64,000 nt of DNA from Azolla caroliniana (Eukaryota; Plantae; Polypodiophyta). The notes under the pieces were generated by a model, which saw only the letters and a list, made by a program, of their open reading frames with translations, was not told the DNA's origin and made no database searches. Positions within the stretch are counted from its first letter, which is position 1. Every line of letters starts with the position of its first letter. The stretch is taken from NCBI GenBank assembly GCA_043228905.1, contig JBHGNT010000004.1, positions 1,550,001 through 1,614,000 of the forward strand, given 5' to 3'. The translations under genes and the position numbers were made by a program. Below are positions 27,951 to 40,851 of this stretch, one piece after another.

Positions 27951-30900
27951 CTAGATGATTCAACACAACCTATGTAATTATCATCTTATCCATCTTTCTC
28001 CACAACAAAAATAGAAAGAGGTTGCAAAGCATAATGCAAAGTGATTGCTAACCTAAATCAAGTGACCCAACCACGAGGACATAGTGTGGAAATCCAAGAA
28101 GTAAATGAGGATAAATCTTAATGTCTTGTTAAGTATCCAACACCCAAGACATTGGTTGTGGAGTCTAAGGCACCAACAAGGGACACCAACCTCAACAAAC
28201 CATAGGAAAAGGAGGCTATATATTAAAGCTAAATAGGAAAAACCTAGTGCAAAAGGGACCCACTAACGTTGCAAAATGCTATTAAAACCCACCTTTGGTG
28301 ACTCTACAATATTGGATTTTCTCCTTTCCTTAAGTGTATTAGAACTTTCAATCTATCCCTGTAATGTTCTATTAGAGCTAAGAGTGACTAGGGTTGAGAG
28401 CTAGTTAAGCCAAACCCTAATCTCTCCACTCTTGTATGGTGTTAAACCTCCTTGATAATAAAAACTAGTATATTTATTTCATGTGTATCCTTTGTCTATA
28501 CATCTATGTCTATTGCTAGAGAGAGAGAGAGTAAGTGCAAGTGCAAGTGCAAGTGTTGATCACTAAGGTTAAATAAGCTAGTAGCTCATGGGTGCTCAAC
28601 AACCACCCTTGCTCAGTTCGCCACCAAAAGGGTATATGCATCCACCCAAATCTTGGGCACAATGATATCAACGAGAGGCATAACTCCATCGATTTATAAA
28701 CATGTTTTAGCGGAAGCACACAAACGCCACACATGTTCCTGGAACAATGGAGAAGATCAAAATGAATAAATGTTCATCCAAGGTTACCATATCAATACCG
28801 ATGAAGGAGGAAAGAAACAAGATCATGACACGTGATTTCTCTATACAAGTGCTACGCATCACTTTAAATATTAGAAAGATTTGGTGGAGGAGTATCAAGA
28901 ATTTTCTATCCCATTAAGAGCCATGTTTGGAGACAATGGATAGATTTTGAAGTTGGTTGTGGAAATAAGTAACATTTATTTCCTAATGACAAATGATCAT
29001 CACATTAAAATTATAGATGTAATTACATATTTACACCGGCAAAGCACTTGTTGTCAATTGGACAGGCTATCACCAATGGGATGACAATCAAATTCACTAA
29101 GAACCGAACCATGATACATCTACATAAGTCAATAATAAAGCAATAGTATGCCCCAAAACAAGGTCACCTATATCTTGTGACAACAAGACTAATAGAAGCA
29201 TTATCAATTGAGGTATGTAATAATCAAAATTAAGATAAAGTTTTTTGAGCATATCTTTACCATTGCAATCTTGGACACATACATGCAAGAATCTCAAAAT
29301 TATAAATAAGAGGCTTGCCAATAATAACTTTCAAAAAACAATGGCAAGTAATATAACATCATGGAATCCAAAATACATTTTATGTAAAGAGTAAGTTCTC
29401 TTTTGACAAGGGGAAAAACACAGACGATGACTAAGACGACAGAGGTCAAGAAGGGATTCCAATGAACTCCCCTTCGTTATTCATCCAGTCGCAGATCTGG
29501 TCGTCAACGTAACTGTGCCGACAGAGGTGCATCAGGAGGTGCAAGCTGAAATAGATCATTTGCGTCAATTGTTGGTGGTGGTACATGTAATTGGTGGCCG
29601 TCCCAGTTGTGGGGAGTTGTGTCACTTGTTGTAGGCGCGATTCCAAGAAGATCTAACTAGATTTGTGGATATTCAATTTTTAGGGAAAGGATGCTATCAT
29701 GTCGAGTTTCCGGTTGTGGAGATGGTGATGAACCTACTTCGAATGGGATCTACAAGGATTAATGGAATTCTGATGCATTTCTTGCAATGGGAGCCTGGGT
29801 TTGACCTCAATGCGGTTAGTGAACATCTATCTAATTACTTTGTCTTTTTTGTCATGTTTACGGGTTTACCAAAAGAATGAAGACCAATGATACCACATAT
29901 GGCCTCATCGATTGCTCCATTAATTGATGAAGAATCTGATATAATGCATTATGTGGCTGAGAATCTCATCCTACCATATATACGACTAATTGGACATAAA
30001 GGCATGACATTACCTGTGTATGTTAGGTTGCCCACTATGTTGCAGGCCCCATTGAGGGTTCAAAGAGTTAAATATTCTGGTATTTGTAATTGTATTGGCC
30101 ATGTGGTCAAAGATTGTCTTGTTCGAGATGAACAAATTATACAAAAGCGTTCTTTTAGCAACACTAATGATGAAGGTTGGACGGAAGGCAAGAGGAAGCA
30201 TGGTAGGAAATCATCGGTGAGGACATCTTATGGTGTAGGGGTAACATCTAGAAAGACACCAAATGCAAGTCATGATAGTCCACAAGCTAACAAGTCAAAT
30301 TTACAAATAATCTCGTTTAGTAATAATGATGTACAACTTGGTAGAGAGGAGGATTATGATATTGTAATTGACAATGATATTGTAAGTTCTATGAAGGAGA
30401 AGCCCTTGAAGGGAGGGAATGATCATGGACAGATGATAGCTTTCGAGCCTTCCTCACTACAAGGTGAGGCTCATATGGAGTTAACTATGGTAGAAAAGAA
30501 TGAAGCAACACATTTGTGATATCTTTGGAGGAGGGTCTTATGAATGGTTCGAAATATTCTAGAAGGTTAATTCAGGCTAAAACAAAGGCCTTAACAAGCC
30601 ATGGTAAGAATGCACAATGATTCATGCTTGAAAAATCGGTTGTGCAATCATATACTATGGTTATGAATGGAGGTGTGATGGTGGATGGAAAGAGCACAAT
30701 CTCTTCCTCAATAAAGAAGGATTCTTATGCAGAAGTTGTGGCTAGGAAACCTTGGAAAGGATTCAAGATTGCTGGGCAAATGACTAAGCCTAAGAAAGCA
30801 ACGATGGGGGAGAAGAGGATGAAAGGTAAACAACTTTTGTTAGCCTATGAATAATTTTCGTATTGTATCATGGAATGTTCAAGGGTTGGGTGGTGCACAA

Positions 30901-32836
30901 GCACAAAAATTTAAGGCTAGACTGAGACAAAATTTACATAAAAGCTTTATGAGGTCTGTAGATATGGTTTTTTTACAATAACATCATTTGAGTCCCACAA
31001 GGATAGATTCTTATGGGTCCTTATTTAGTGGTTCATGGGCCCATTTTTGGAGTCCTGTAATTGGCGAATCCCACAATAAAGCTAGTATTTGGATAACATT
31101 AGCCCAGAAATGGTCTTCTCATGTGATTGACTATAAGATTTTTGTGGAAGGAAGAGTGCAAGTTATTATTTTAGAAATCCAAAATCGACAATTGGATTTT
31201 ATCAATTTATATGCTCACAATGCACCAACAGATAGGAGGAGGTTGTGGTCTTATATGTGTGATACTTTACCCCAGGTGGATCATTGGTGTATGGTCGGAG
31301 ATTTTAATATGATTGAGGATAAGTTGGATAGAAGTGGGGGTAGCCAAGTTGTTTTATATGGTTCAGAATTGAGCTTTGGGGAGAGGTTGTGCTTTAAGTA
31401 TGGTTTTCAGGATACTTAGTGCTCTCCCTCTTTTAGCAAACATGTTGAATATTTGCAATTCTCTAGATCAGATAGACGGTTATTAGGTACTAATCTATCT
31501 CAATTAGACAGATTCTATGCTTATGACTTCTTTATAGCATGAGGAGGAACATTACACATATTAGCTGGGGCAACTTTCTCAGATCACTCACCTCTTATTG
31601 TTGCTTTGAAAAAAGTGGAAAAACGGAAGTCCTTTAGGACACCTATACCTTCCTCCTTGTATGCTGATGTTGCCCTTAGAGGAGATATTTTAGCAATTTG
31701 AAAGGATACATGTGTATCGCAATTGTTGGTGTGTGATAGAGTTGCGGATAACACGTTCGCGTTCACAAGTGGAAGGATTGCGCATTCCACTTGTAGAATC
31801 TTCTTGAAACTATCCAACTACACCCTCTCTACAAAAATTGGATGCACTAGTATCACATGTTCCACAACTTGATTAGAATTTGCAAATATAAAAATACATG
31901 ATAGGTCTACGAGTGGAGATCATTAGAAATCATGCAAGTTTGGACGTGTTGATAAGTTAATGTAGGCATAATAAAGTTCAACAATGGCTCAATATGTCAC
32001 TAATGTGCGACATGGGAAACACTAAGTTAAAGACTTATATTAATTTGGTAAGTTTTACAAAAATATGAGGTGTACTTGTATCCATACTAATAAAATGAGT
32101 TATAATTTATACTTTGACCCATACATGCATGTATATAATTGTGGACAATGTAGGATAGTGCACTTTAGGATAATGTGATTGGAATAACTAACTTATTAAA
32201 GTATTCAATACTTGTATTTAAAGTTGATCTAATCTATTCCTCAATTTGTTCGTATGGGATCAAACCATATGTATATAATTGTGGACAATGCAAGACAGTG
32301 AACTTTAGGATAATGTGGTGGAAATAACAAACCTATTAAGGCTTTCATACTTGTATTAAAAATTGATCTACTCTATTGCTTAGGTGATTCACACAGGATC
32401 AAACTTTGAACGATAACAGTAGTGGAACTACAAGCGTATAAAAACATGCGGATAACGCTAGTGGAACCATTATCAACACACTACACAATCTAAGCATCAA
32501 TGGAATGAAAACATAATAGTTTTAACAATAGAAGACAAAGATCCATAATAACAACATGGACAATCATGGTAACAATTCTATGACCATGTTATGTTAAGGT
32601 AAACTTGGACCAAAATCAACCTCAATTTAAACTATTTCATGTTTCTCCATAAATTTGGTAGTCAGCTATGCACGCGGTGAAACCAATGTCATAAGTCTAC
32701 TAACCAAGTATATAAAAATAAAATTGAAACATATAGAAGATTATAAAGAATAGAATCCACCAAGTAAAACCCAAAATTTGTATTAATAATGTGAAATCCA
32801 AACATATCGTCAATGTCATTTTCTTCATAGAGTCTA

Positions 32837-35800
32837 TTACATAGCAATCAATTCATCAATGTCATTTTCTTCATCATCCTGTGTAGAAGTCTCTTCGGCT
32901 ATATGTGCATTGGTTTCCCCTGTTAGCCGAGCCAACGCAATATCTTCTATAAGCTCATCATGAAGCTCTATTAGCTCCCTCGGTTCCTCGGCTAACGGAG
33001 GAATAGGCTCTCGCGAAGCAGGTTGAAACCTTTATGTATCAGCGAGGTTCTTTGCACCGACCTCCTCGTCCTGGTCTGGGCACTCCCACAAAGCCTTAAT
33101 CCTCATGTTTATAAATATAACCTGCTCCTCATCCTTCTCCAATGCAACTGTGTTTCTAAAGAGCTTTAATGCACATGCAAACTTCGTTCCTGTGAAGAAA
33201 GTAACAAGAAGAATTAGTTCTCAAACAAAAAAGATTCAGTATTGGTTATCTCAAGATCGTTACCCTAGTTCGAGGAATACCTGTGATAGAAAAGAGATCT
33301 AATATCCAGTCTCCTTTGATAGAAAACATCTCGATGAAGTGCATCATAAGTCATTGAGGTTTTGGTATGGGTTGACAAGTCCTCGTTCTGTCGTGGTGAC
33401 ATGTCGCAAATTCCGTGTCACTGCTGGATATACCAACATATTTGAACCTCCCACTTCATTAGAATGCTCCTTGATTCTTTGTTTCTTAATTTCATCGAAG
33501 TAGCCAACCGTGATGTATTCAATGGCATTAACGAATCGAAAGGTTGGCCCTCTATTTACATTGGTTTTTATCCTATAAAAAAAATATATCGAGTTAAGAA
33601 TAGATTGAACAATCTTAAGAAATGCAATATAGTGAATGAGACCTATAAATAATCCTTACCATGCAAGGTTCTCGATGCCATGGCAATGAGATCTCAAAGC
33701 TTGAGCTACCGAGTACCCTTGGTCCATACTATGAAAGACAACTATTCTCCACAAGGATGCAGTCGTCAGCTCAGCAAAATCCTTGACCATCTTCTCCAAC
33801 TGTTTAAACCTAAATGGTTCATCGTCGTATGATGACCCAGCCATTCGAAATCCGTAAGGAATATCCACAATCATTAGCGTATATTCCTTCTTTGGCACTT
33901 TTTGGATCATGTCAACGACATCGCCGCAAACCACATTGTAGTAAAGATCTCTCATAATATCTTTTTTGTGGCTAAATTTTTTAAAGGAGCCATCTTCCTC
34001 CATTTCGTACACCTTGACTAAGCGATGATCCTTTTCTTTTCTGGCTCTCTCGAGATGTGCAAGGAAGGATGTCGGGAAATCGTGTATATCCTTAACTTCT
34101 CCTCGTTTCTTGCCACGACACGGTTTCTAATAGAAGCAATAGGACATCAAGTTTTATTATACAAGCTCTACATATGATGAAAGCGTAATGAAAAACCACC
34201 AATATTAACCCAATCCTTGAATGCAATAAAATACTCCGATAACACCTTATATGAAGACGTTAGAGGATAATCCTCGGTCACTTGTTCCCAAGTTATACAT
34301 CCAAGTTGTTTCATCATAACTTCTTGGATCTTCATGTACACCTTATGACTGTGAAATTAGAAAACGAGATTAGAACTTTGAATTATAGACTTCAATATCA
34401 GTATTTGAAAGACTTACTTATTGAACTCAGTGACCATTTCTTCAAGGCTTAAATCTTTGGCCACGACCCTTGACAAAACAGACACAAGAAGCTGCTCTTC
34501 CTTAATACCTTGCATCGCTCTCCACAGAGACAACTTCATGGCGTCAACCACTTCTTCAATTGTCAAGTCAATTTTCTTGGCCGCTTGTGACTTTAATTCT
34601 AGTTGAGGGTCAACCTTACATTTTTTTTGTCGTTGACCCTTGACCTCCTTATTCTCCCACATTGAGAAGATTTGATCCTGTAGGTCCCATACTTCTCCAT
34701 CTCTAAAGGCTAGTTGAAACCAAGACTCATATTTTCGAAGACCATCAGACTTAACATTATCATCTACCACAATGCCGACTTCATGCAAGCATTGACGTCG
34801 TAGACCTAGATGTAGCTTCACACCAAACTTTTGTTTGACGTCCAAATACTCGTGGTGGAAGAACCTTATACGCTCAATCGACGACATTTTCTACCTATAG
34901 TCATTATCATTATTGTGGTCCCATGCCAACAACTTTGCCTCTTCAATTGTGAGACCCACGTAAATTTTGCACTCGGCATACTTGAAGAAGAAAGTCGTTG
35001 GATGTTCTCTCACAAGTTGCCGACGTGCCTCCGCTGAATGCGATCCACCAATGACAAAGTAATTATATTGATCATGCTTTCTTATATTAAAATCTTCAAT
35101 GGTTTCACATTCTTCAGGATCCACCATAACAATAAAAGGCACCATAGTGGAATGAGGATTAATTTTCATTTTTTTCTTGAGATTTTGAACATGCATGCGG
35201 TGTGGCTCTCTAATCTCAAGTGGTCTTCGTCCTGTTTTTTCATCAATAGGGGGCCGATGGATGTGTGTTATAGGCAAATTAAACACTTGCCCTTTCCTGA
35301 CCAGTTTACGCTGCATTAACTCTCTCCGTATCTTATTCTGCTCGGATGACAACATACCCGATGCCAGCTTAGCTCCTGGCGTCCCCTTAGTGTCCTCATC
35401 TTCGTTTTCACTTGATGAGTCGGAGTCCGACATTTTGGTGGTCTTCTTTTTTGGTGGTCTTGATTGTACTTTAGATGCCCTTTTTGTGGCCTTCACTAGG
35501 GAGGGCAATGGCTCCCTTAGAGTTACATGGCCTTGTATATAAGGCCTCAAGGTGGTTTTGTGAGCTTTCAAGATCTTTTTTGAAAGCTTCTGGCCCACAA
35601 GATTCCTTTACTAGAAGATCTTCAAAAAGGAACACTTTACGTACCCCCTTAGAGCACTCTATCATTACAAGTATGTTGGCCGAATCTACATCTTCGTAGT
35701 CAAATCGTAGAATACGGCCATACATAAATGGGGTTTCATTTTCAAGCTGCCCCTTGCCCTTCTTCTTTGCTGTATACAATACGACTTTTTTCTTGGAGTC

Positions 35801-37256
35801 GACGTATTGCATACACCATTCCTTGTCCGTTAGATCACGGTCAGGAAGGTCTTCACCTCTAGTAGCTACTACTAGTTTCCTTTGGCTAACCTCAATGTGT
35901 GATTGAGATTTTGTCTCCTTGTTGAAGAGAAGCTTTTTTCCTCTCTTCATGGTCTCGGGAGCTATTAGGGTCTATGCTTCAATTGGAGAACCCTGTATGC
36001 AGAGCTTTATCTTCTTCACAGGTCGGTCCGACAAGTTCTCAAACGACCTATTTAAGAAAGGACACGCGAAAACATAAGTTAGGTGGTCACGTAGATTAAG
36101 ATTGCATATTAAAATACAAATAATTAGATGAAGAAATAAACTAGTAGGCGATTTGCGGTAAACTATAAATATCAATCATGCATTGAGTGTACATGGTAGT
36201 CCTATATTCAAAAATCTATTCTAGTAAAGGGTTATTCTACTTAGAAAATATATATCTTAATAAGTATACAAGGATATATATTGTCTTGAAGGGCAGGTAT
36301 GGCTTATATTGATTCCATATCCATATTGTAGAGAATTTGCATATGATAGACTTGAATTTGGTATCGTAAAGGTAATTTGTGGGTTATTTTGTACTATTTT
36401 AAGCTATACTAGGTCATAAAACCTCTATAATTAAGGCCCATAGTTTTTACAAAATAAGGCAAATCACCCTAAAAAAAGACTGATTTTGACAGAAAGTTTG
36501 ATATCTTTTCACACAATACTAAGTTGGTGCCCCAAAGACACAATATTCCTCTTTCAAGTTTTGTTTTATACAGGAACTCGATATGATGTATCGTGTTCCT
36601 GTATGTAGTTCGTGTCTGTACATGAAATCGATGCAGGGTATCGAGTTCGTGTATGAAACACATACTTTACATAGGAACTCGATACACCGTATCGAGTTCT
36701 TGTATAAAAAAGGAACTTTATACAGGGACTCGATACGTCGTATCGAGTTCATGTATAAAACACAAACATAATCCAGGAGCTCGATACGCTGTATCGAGTT
36801 CCTTTGTAAAAGAGTTACATAACACAGGAACTTGATACGGCGTATCGAGTTCCTGTTTAAAACACACACTATATACAGGAAAATATAAACTGTGTACAGG
36901 AATTCGATATGGCGTATCGAGTTCCTTTTTAAAACGCAAACATAATATAGGAACTCGATACGAAGTATCGAGTTCCTGTTTAAAACACAAACATAATACA
37001 GGAACTTGATACGACGTATCGAGTTCCTATTTAAAACAGAAACATTATATAGGAACTCAATACGACATATCGAGTTCCTGTTTAAAACGAAAACTTTAAA
37101 GAGGAATTCGATACGCCGTATCGAGTTCATTTATATTGTTTGTGTTTTATACAAGAACTCGATACGGAGTTCCTGATGCTAAAACATATTTACAAAAATG
37201 TCCACAGTGTCAGAGGCTTACCTGGAGTCCTGACACTTGATTATCTTTGAAGACAT
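32837..37256 (-). pseudogene. ParB/Srx-like domain fused to a beta-class N6A/N4C DNA methyltransferase; exons 37256-37222, 36047-34418, 34348-34210, 34126-33660, 33572-33281, 33189-32837
   Basis: ParB-like YFVIGGSHSAEARRQL...EEAKLLAWDHN..R. MTase motif IV LMIVDIPYG (33865-33854), WIKTN, NPYQ(K)P, and motif I region FIEMFSIKGDWILDLFSITG|T...ALKLFRNTVALEKD. Five GT-AG introns with matching phases; about 4 stops and 2 frameshifts. Confidence 0.85.
36566..37175. repeat. 51-bp tandem array (~12 units), each with the palindrome AGGAACTCGATAC-N3-GTATCGAGTTCCT
   Basis: Palindromes start at about 36572, 36622, 36673, 36724, 36775, 36826, 36898, 36949, 37000, 37051, 37102 and 37153; the array lies in intron 1 of the MTase gene. 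Confidence 0.92.
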
Positions 37257-37355
37257 GGTTGATATTTGTCAATCTTTAGGCGGAGATCTCGCTATCGTGC
37301 TTCATGCTCTGTGTGCTCTTGTGTTTCGTGTGAGTGAAATATGACGAGGTCTTCC

Positions 37356-37363
37356 TATTTATA
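37356..37363 (-). promoter_or_regulatory. Candidate TATA box (TATAAATA) of the ParB-MTase gene
   Basis: CCCTATAAATAGG on the minus strand, ~100 bp upstream of the ATG at 37256. Confidence 0.55.
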
Positions 37364-38064
37364 GGGATTGACCATAGTGGTTAAAGTAACCACAGTTAGC
37401 TTAACCAAGGTTGGCAAGCGTGAGGTTAGTTAGTTAGTAACCACAGTCACATTAACCAGAGTAACTTATGATTGCATTAATGATTACAAAGTCAAACTAA
37501 CATATTGATGAATACTTTATAGTCAAAATAACTTACAATGACTTTGAAGGTCATGAAGGAAACAATGATAGAGGTTCATGAATGAACCAATGATTGATTA
37601 TTGAAATCAACATTTTTATGACTCTTAATTGCTTTGTATTAAAGATGTGGGCATGAATGAACCAATGATTGAAAAGTCTTATATTTAAAATGGTGGGCAT
37701 TAATGAACCAATGACTGAGAAGTTCTATATTAAATATGGGTGCCATTAATTAACCAATGATTTTAACTTTAATCCAACATATATATGACTTGGTAATGAT
37801 TGTAATTATATTATACTTGATTTAACTTCATATAGACTAGTTTAAGTAATTATTAATATGTTAAATACAATTACTATATTAAAAATAATATTTTTTATGT
37901 ATTGTATTAATATAATATTAAATAATATAGGCATTATATTGAGGAAGCTTCTGTTTAGAGAGGAGTTTATGTTTAGAGAGGAGTATATGTTTAGAGAGGA
38001 GCTTATTAGTTTTTTGCCTTAGCCTAAGCACATAACTTAAAGAGCTCTGTCTAGACCTTAAGCC

Positions 38065-40851
38065 ATGAGTGAAGATTCACCGTTCTTGATTGAAGAATAT
38101 TGTTTGTCATCAGACTCTTTGTTTTCTACTGAAGAGTATTGTTTGTCGACAGACTCACCATTTTCTATTTAAGACTATTGTCTGTCGACAGACTCACCAT
38201 ATTCTATCGAAGAGTATTGTCTGAGCTCATCTTCACCTACAACGAATGTGAATAATGACACATGTGAAGAGTTCTCTATTGAAGAATACGATATTAATAA
38301 AGATACGGAGAATGAAGGTAGTGCCAATGAAACATCGAATATCATGGGCGATGGTCACAACAAAGAATTGGATAGTAACAAGGTTACACCAACTTCTATG
38401 CAGGAAGAGAAATCTGGAAGCCCTATGCATATTAGAAGAATCCCACAAAGAATTCATCTAGCTAGATTTAACTTGGTGACATCAGATAAACAGATTGGAT
38501 TTGATGTCAAAAAAATATGATGTGCTCGTGGTTGTATGTCTATGATTGGAAAATCAAAGTTGCGAGAATTAAGGCAATACTATTTTTCGATGACCGGTGA
38601 TGAGCAAGACACTTACCTTGGGTCACATATGCAACTAGTATCTGACAAATGTACGGGGATCAAAGTATCATTCAAGTATTATATCTTCCATGCGTAACAG
38701 ATATGTAGAGTTGCATTCAAAATTGCATTATGTGTTAGTAACATTCGGCTACATAGAGTACAACAATGTCTACTTGGTGGGGATCAGATGCTCAATTGTA
38801 AAGAGGTTCCAAGTATGAAAGGTGCAATTGGAAGACATGCTATTGGTTGGATGAAAAGTTACTTTCAGTTAAATTGTGAAGTAAGGCCCACTACAAGTAG
38901 GATGTACCTTTTTGATAATTACACACATTGGGAAGTTTATGATGTCTATCGATCTGATATGGTGGGCTCACGTAATAAGTCTGTCACATATAGCCAATTC
39001 ACAAGATTATGGAGAGCTCGGTTTTCAAATGTTATCATTCCACGTAAAGTACGCATGGGGTATTGCTCCATTTGTGCAAATCTTAAAAGTTTGGCTAAAG
39101 GTGCAAAGACATCAATGGAAAAGGATATGAGTAAGAAGTTACTACAAGAGCATCGTGAGGCACAATCGTTAGAACAAAAGAAGACGATGCATCATAGAGA
39201 GAAGTGTTTGAAGAGGCCCGAACAATACATGTGCTTAATGATAGATGGCATGGACCAAAAGGAGACGTGCTTGCCACATATGCGGAGGCTCCCCAAAGAC
39301 GTCAATGATGAGTGCCTTGTTCAAATGCACTTGGTGGGATGCTTGGCTTATAATAGGTCTGTTGGACCTCACGTCTTCATTACATACCCCAATGTTCATA
39401 ATGACCCTAACCTAGCAGTTATAGTGATTCATCGAGTTTTGATGTCTTGGGGCCAACCTTTCCCCCCTGTTCTATACATTCAATTGGACAATATTGCTAG
39501 AGAGAACAAAAATTCAACTGTGTTTGGCTATCTAAGTATGTTGGTCAACCAAGGATTGTTTAGGAAAGTGAAAGTCAATTTTCTTTTAGTTGGCCACACA
39601 CATGATCATATAGATCAAATGTTTAGCACATTCTCTAGACAGTTGTCTCGGCATGATGCTTTCACATTACCTAAACTATTTGATGTCATTTGTGATGCAT
39701 ATACACCACGCCCAAAAGTGTTACACTTGAAGGAGGTATATGATTTTAAGAGATATATATCAGATGGGGGTGTTGGGAATGTTAAAGTGCTTGCCCAATT
39801 AAACAATATAAGCTTCAATCACATTTTTATGATAAAGAAAAATGAAATAAGTGGTTCTACACTTTTGTATTCTAAACAATATTCATCTTCTACAACATGG
39901 GAACCTAAAGGTGGTTGCCAGTTATTACTTTGTATGCCGAGTACAATTGTCCATGGAGCTAAGCAAATGCCAATTGAGAAGAAAGGACAATTGCAGAGTG
40001 ACTTGGTATCAGAACAAAAACGGTTATGGCTCCAAGCCTTAGAAGAAAAAAGAAAGCATATTGAGGCCGCCAAGAAATATGCCGCACAACAAGACACGTC
40101 ATGGTGGGATGTATTTTATAGTGATCAGAAAGGAATTATAGACAATTGTGTATTTGGTGATAATTGGAATTTGGAAACGCCATTCACATGGTCGCTGCAA
40201 CATGATCGTGTAAATAGAACTCTTAAGCAACCAACAAATGCGATTAATGACAGTTTGGTCCATCCACAACAAAGAGACATTTATGTGGGACCAAGGATGA
40301 CCAAAGCAGCCAAAGCTAGATGGCAAGGCAATTTGCAAGAGCTCATGGCGGGGATGTTGATTGCAACGCCGACTGATGAGAATTCACATGGCCACCAATT
40401 TTGGGTTGGTAAAATTTTAGAAGTGCTAATGCATGAAATAGAAAACACTATCAAGTCTATAAACGTTCATTGGTACAACACTAGAAGTGCAAATGCTTTT
40501 ACAGGTAAGTATACATTGGAGATGATTGAATGCCCAACAAGAAGGGGAGGTAGGAAGAGGAAGCGAAACATTCATAACACATCGACCCTTGATATCTCTG
40601 ATGTGGATATCATCGTGTATGACTTCACACTTATAAAAGTCGGACGATTAAGGAAGTCAACAATAGATATAATAAAAGAAAAATTACCAGGTTTACAAGG
40701 TGGCTCGAGTCAAAGGCAAACGAGATCTGCTACATATAATCTAGAGTCAAACCATTTGGTTTATGACGAAGATAATGCACTGATTGGTACATCCGAGGAT
40801 GACGAGGAGGAATCGTCATTGTATATTAGTTATAGTAGTGATTCTCCGTAA
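38065..40851 (+). pseudogene. Sola-like DDD transposase; 687-aa open core 38788-40851, with an in-frame N-terminus broken by three stops
   Basis: CSICANL, LMIDGMDQ, LYIQLDNIARENKN and FLLVGHTHDHIDQMFS motifs; N-terminal (C)CARGC; ATG 38065 and ORFs 38248 and 38788 share a frame. Confidence 0.85.

Noticed and set aside
28500-28740. PFWWRTEQG as a hAT dimerisation-domain remnant
   Set aside because: Too short, with no supporting flanking motifs.
36519-37130. 203-aa ORF with RNSIRRIEFL repeats as a real protein
   Set aside because: It is a by-product of the 51-bp (17-codon) period and lies inside a phase-consistent intron.
36566-37175. CRISPR array
   Set aside because: The linkers are short (~22 bp) and similar to each other rather than unique spacers, there are no cas genes, and the context is a eukaryotic intron.
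32837-37256. Bacterial contamination as the source of the methyltransferase
   Set aside because: The gene has spliceosomal GT-AG introns and sits inside a TIR/TSD-bounded insertion in a plant LINE.
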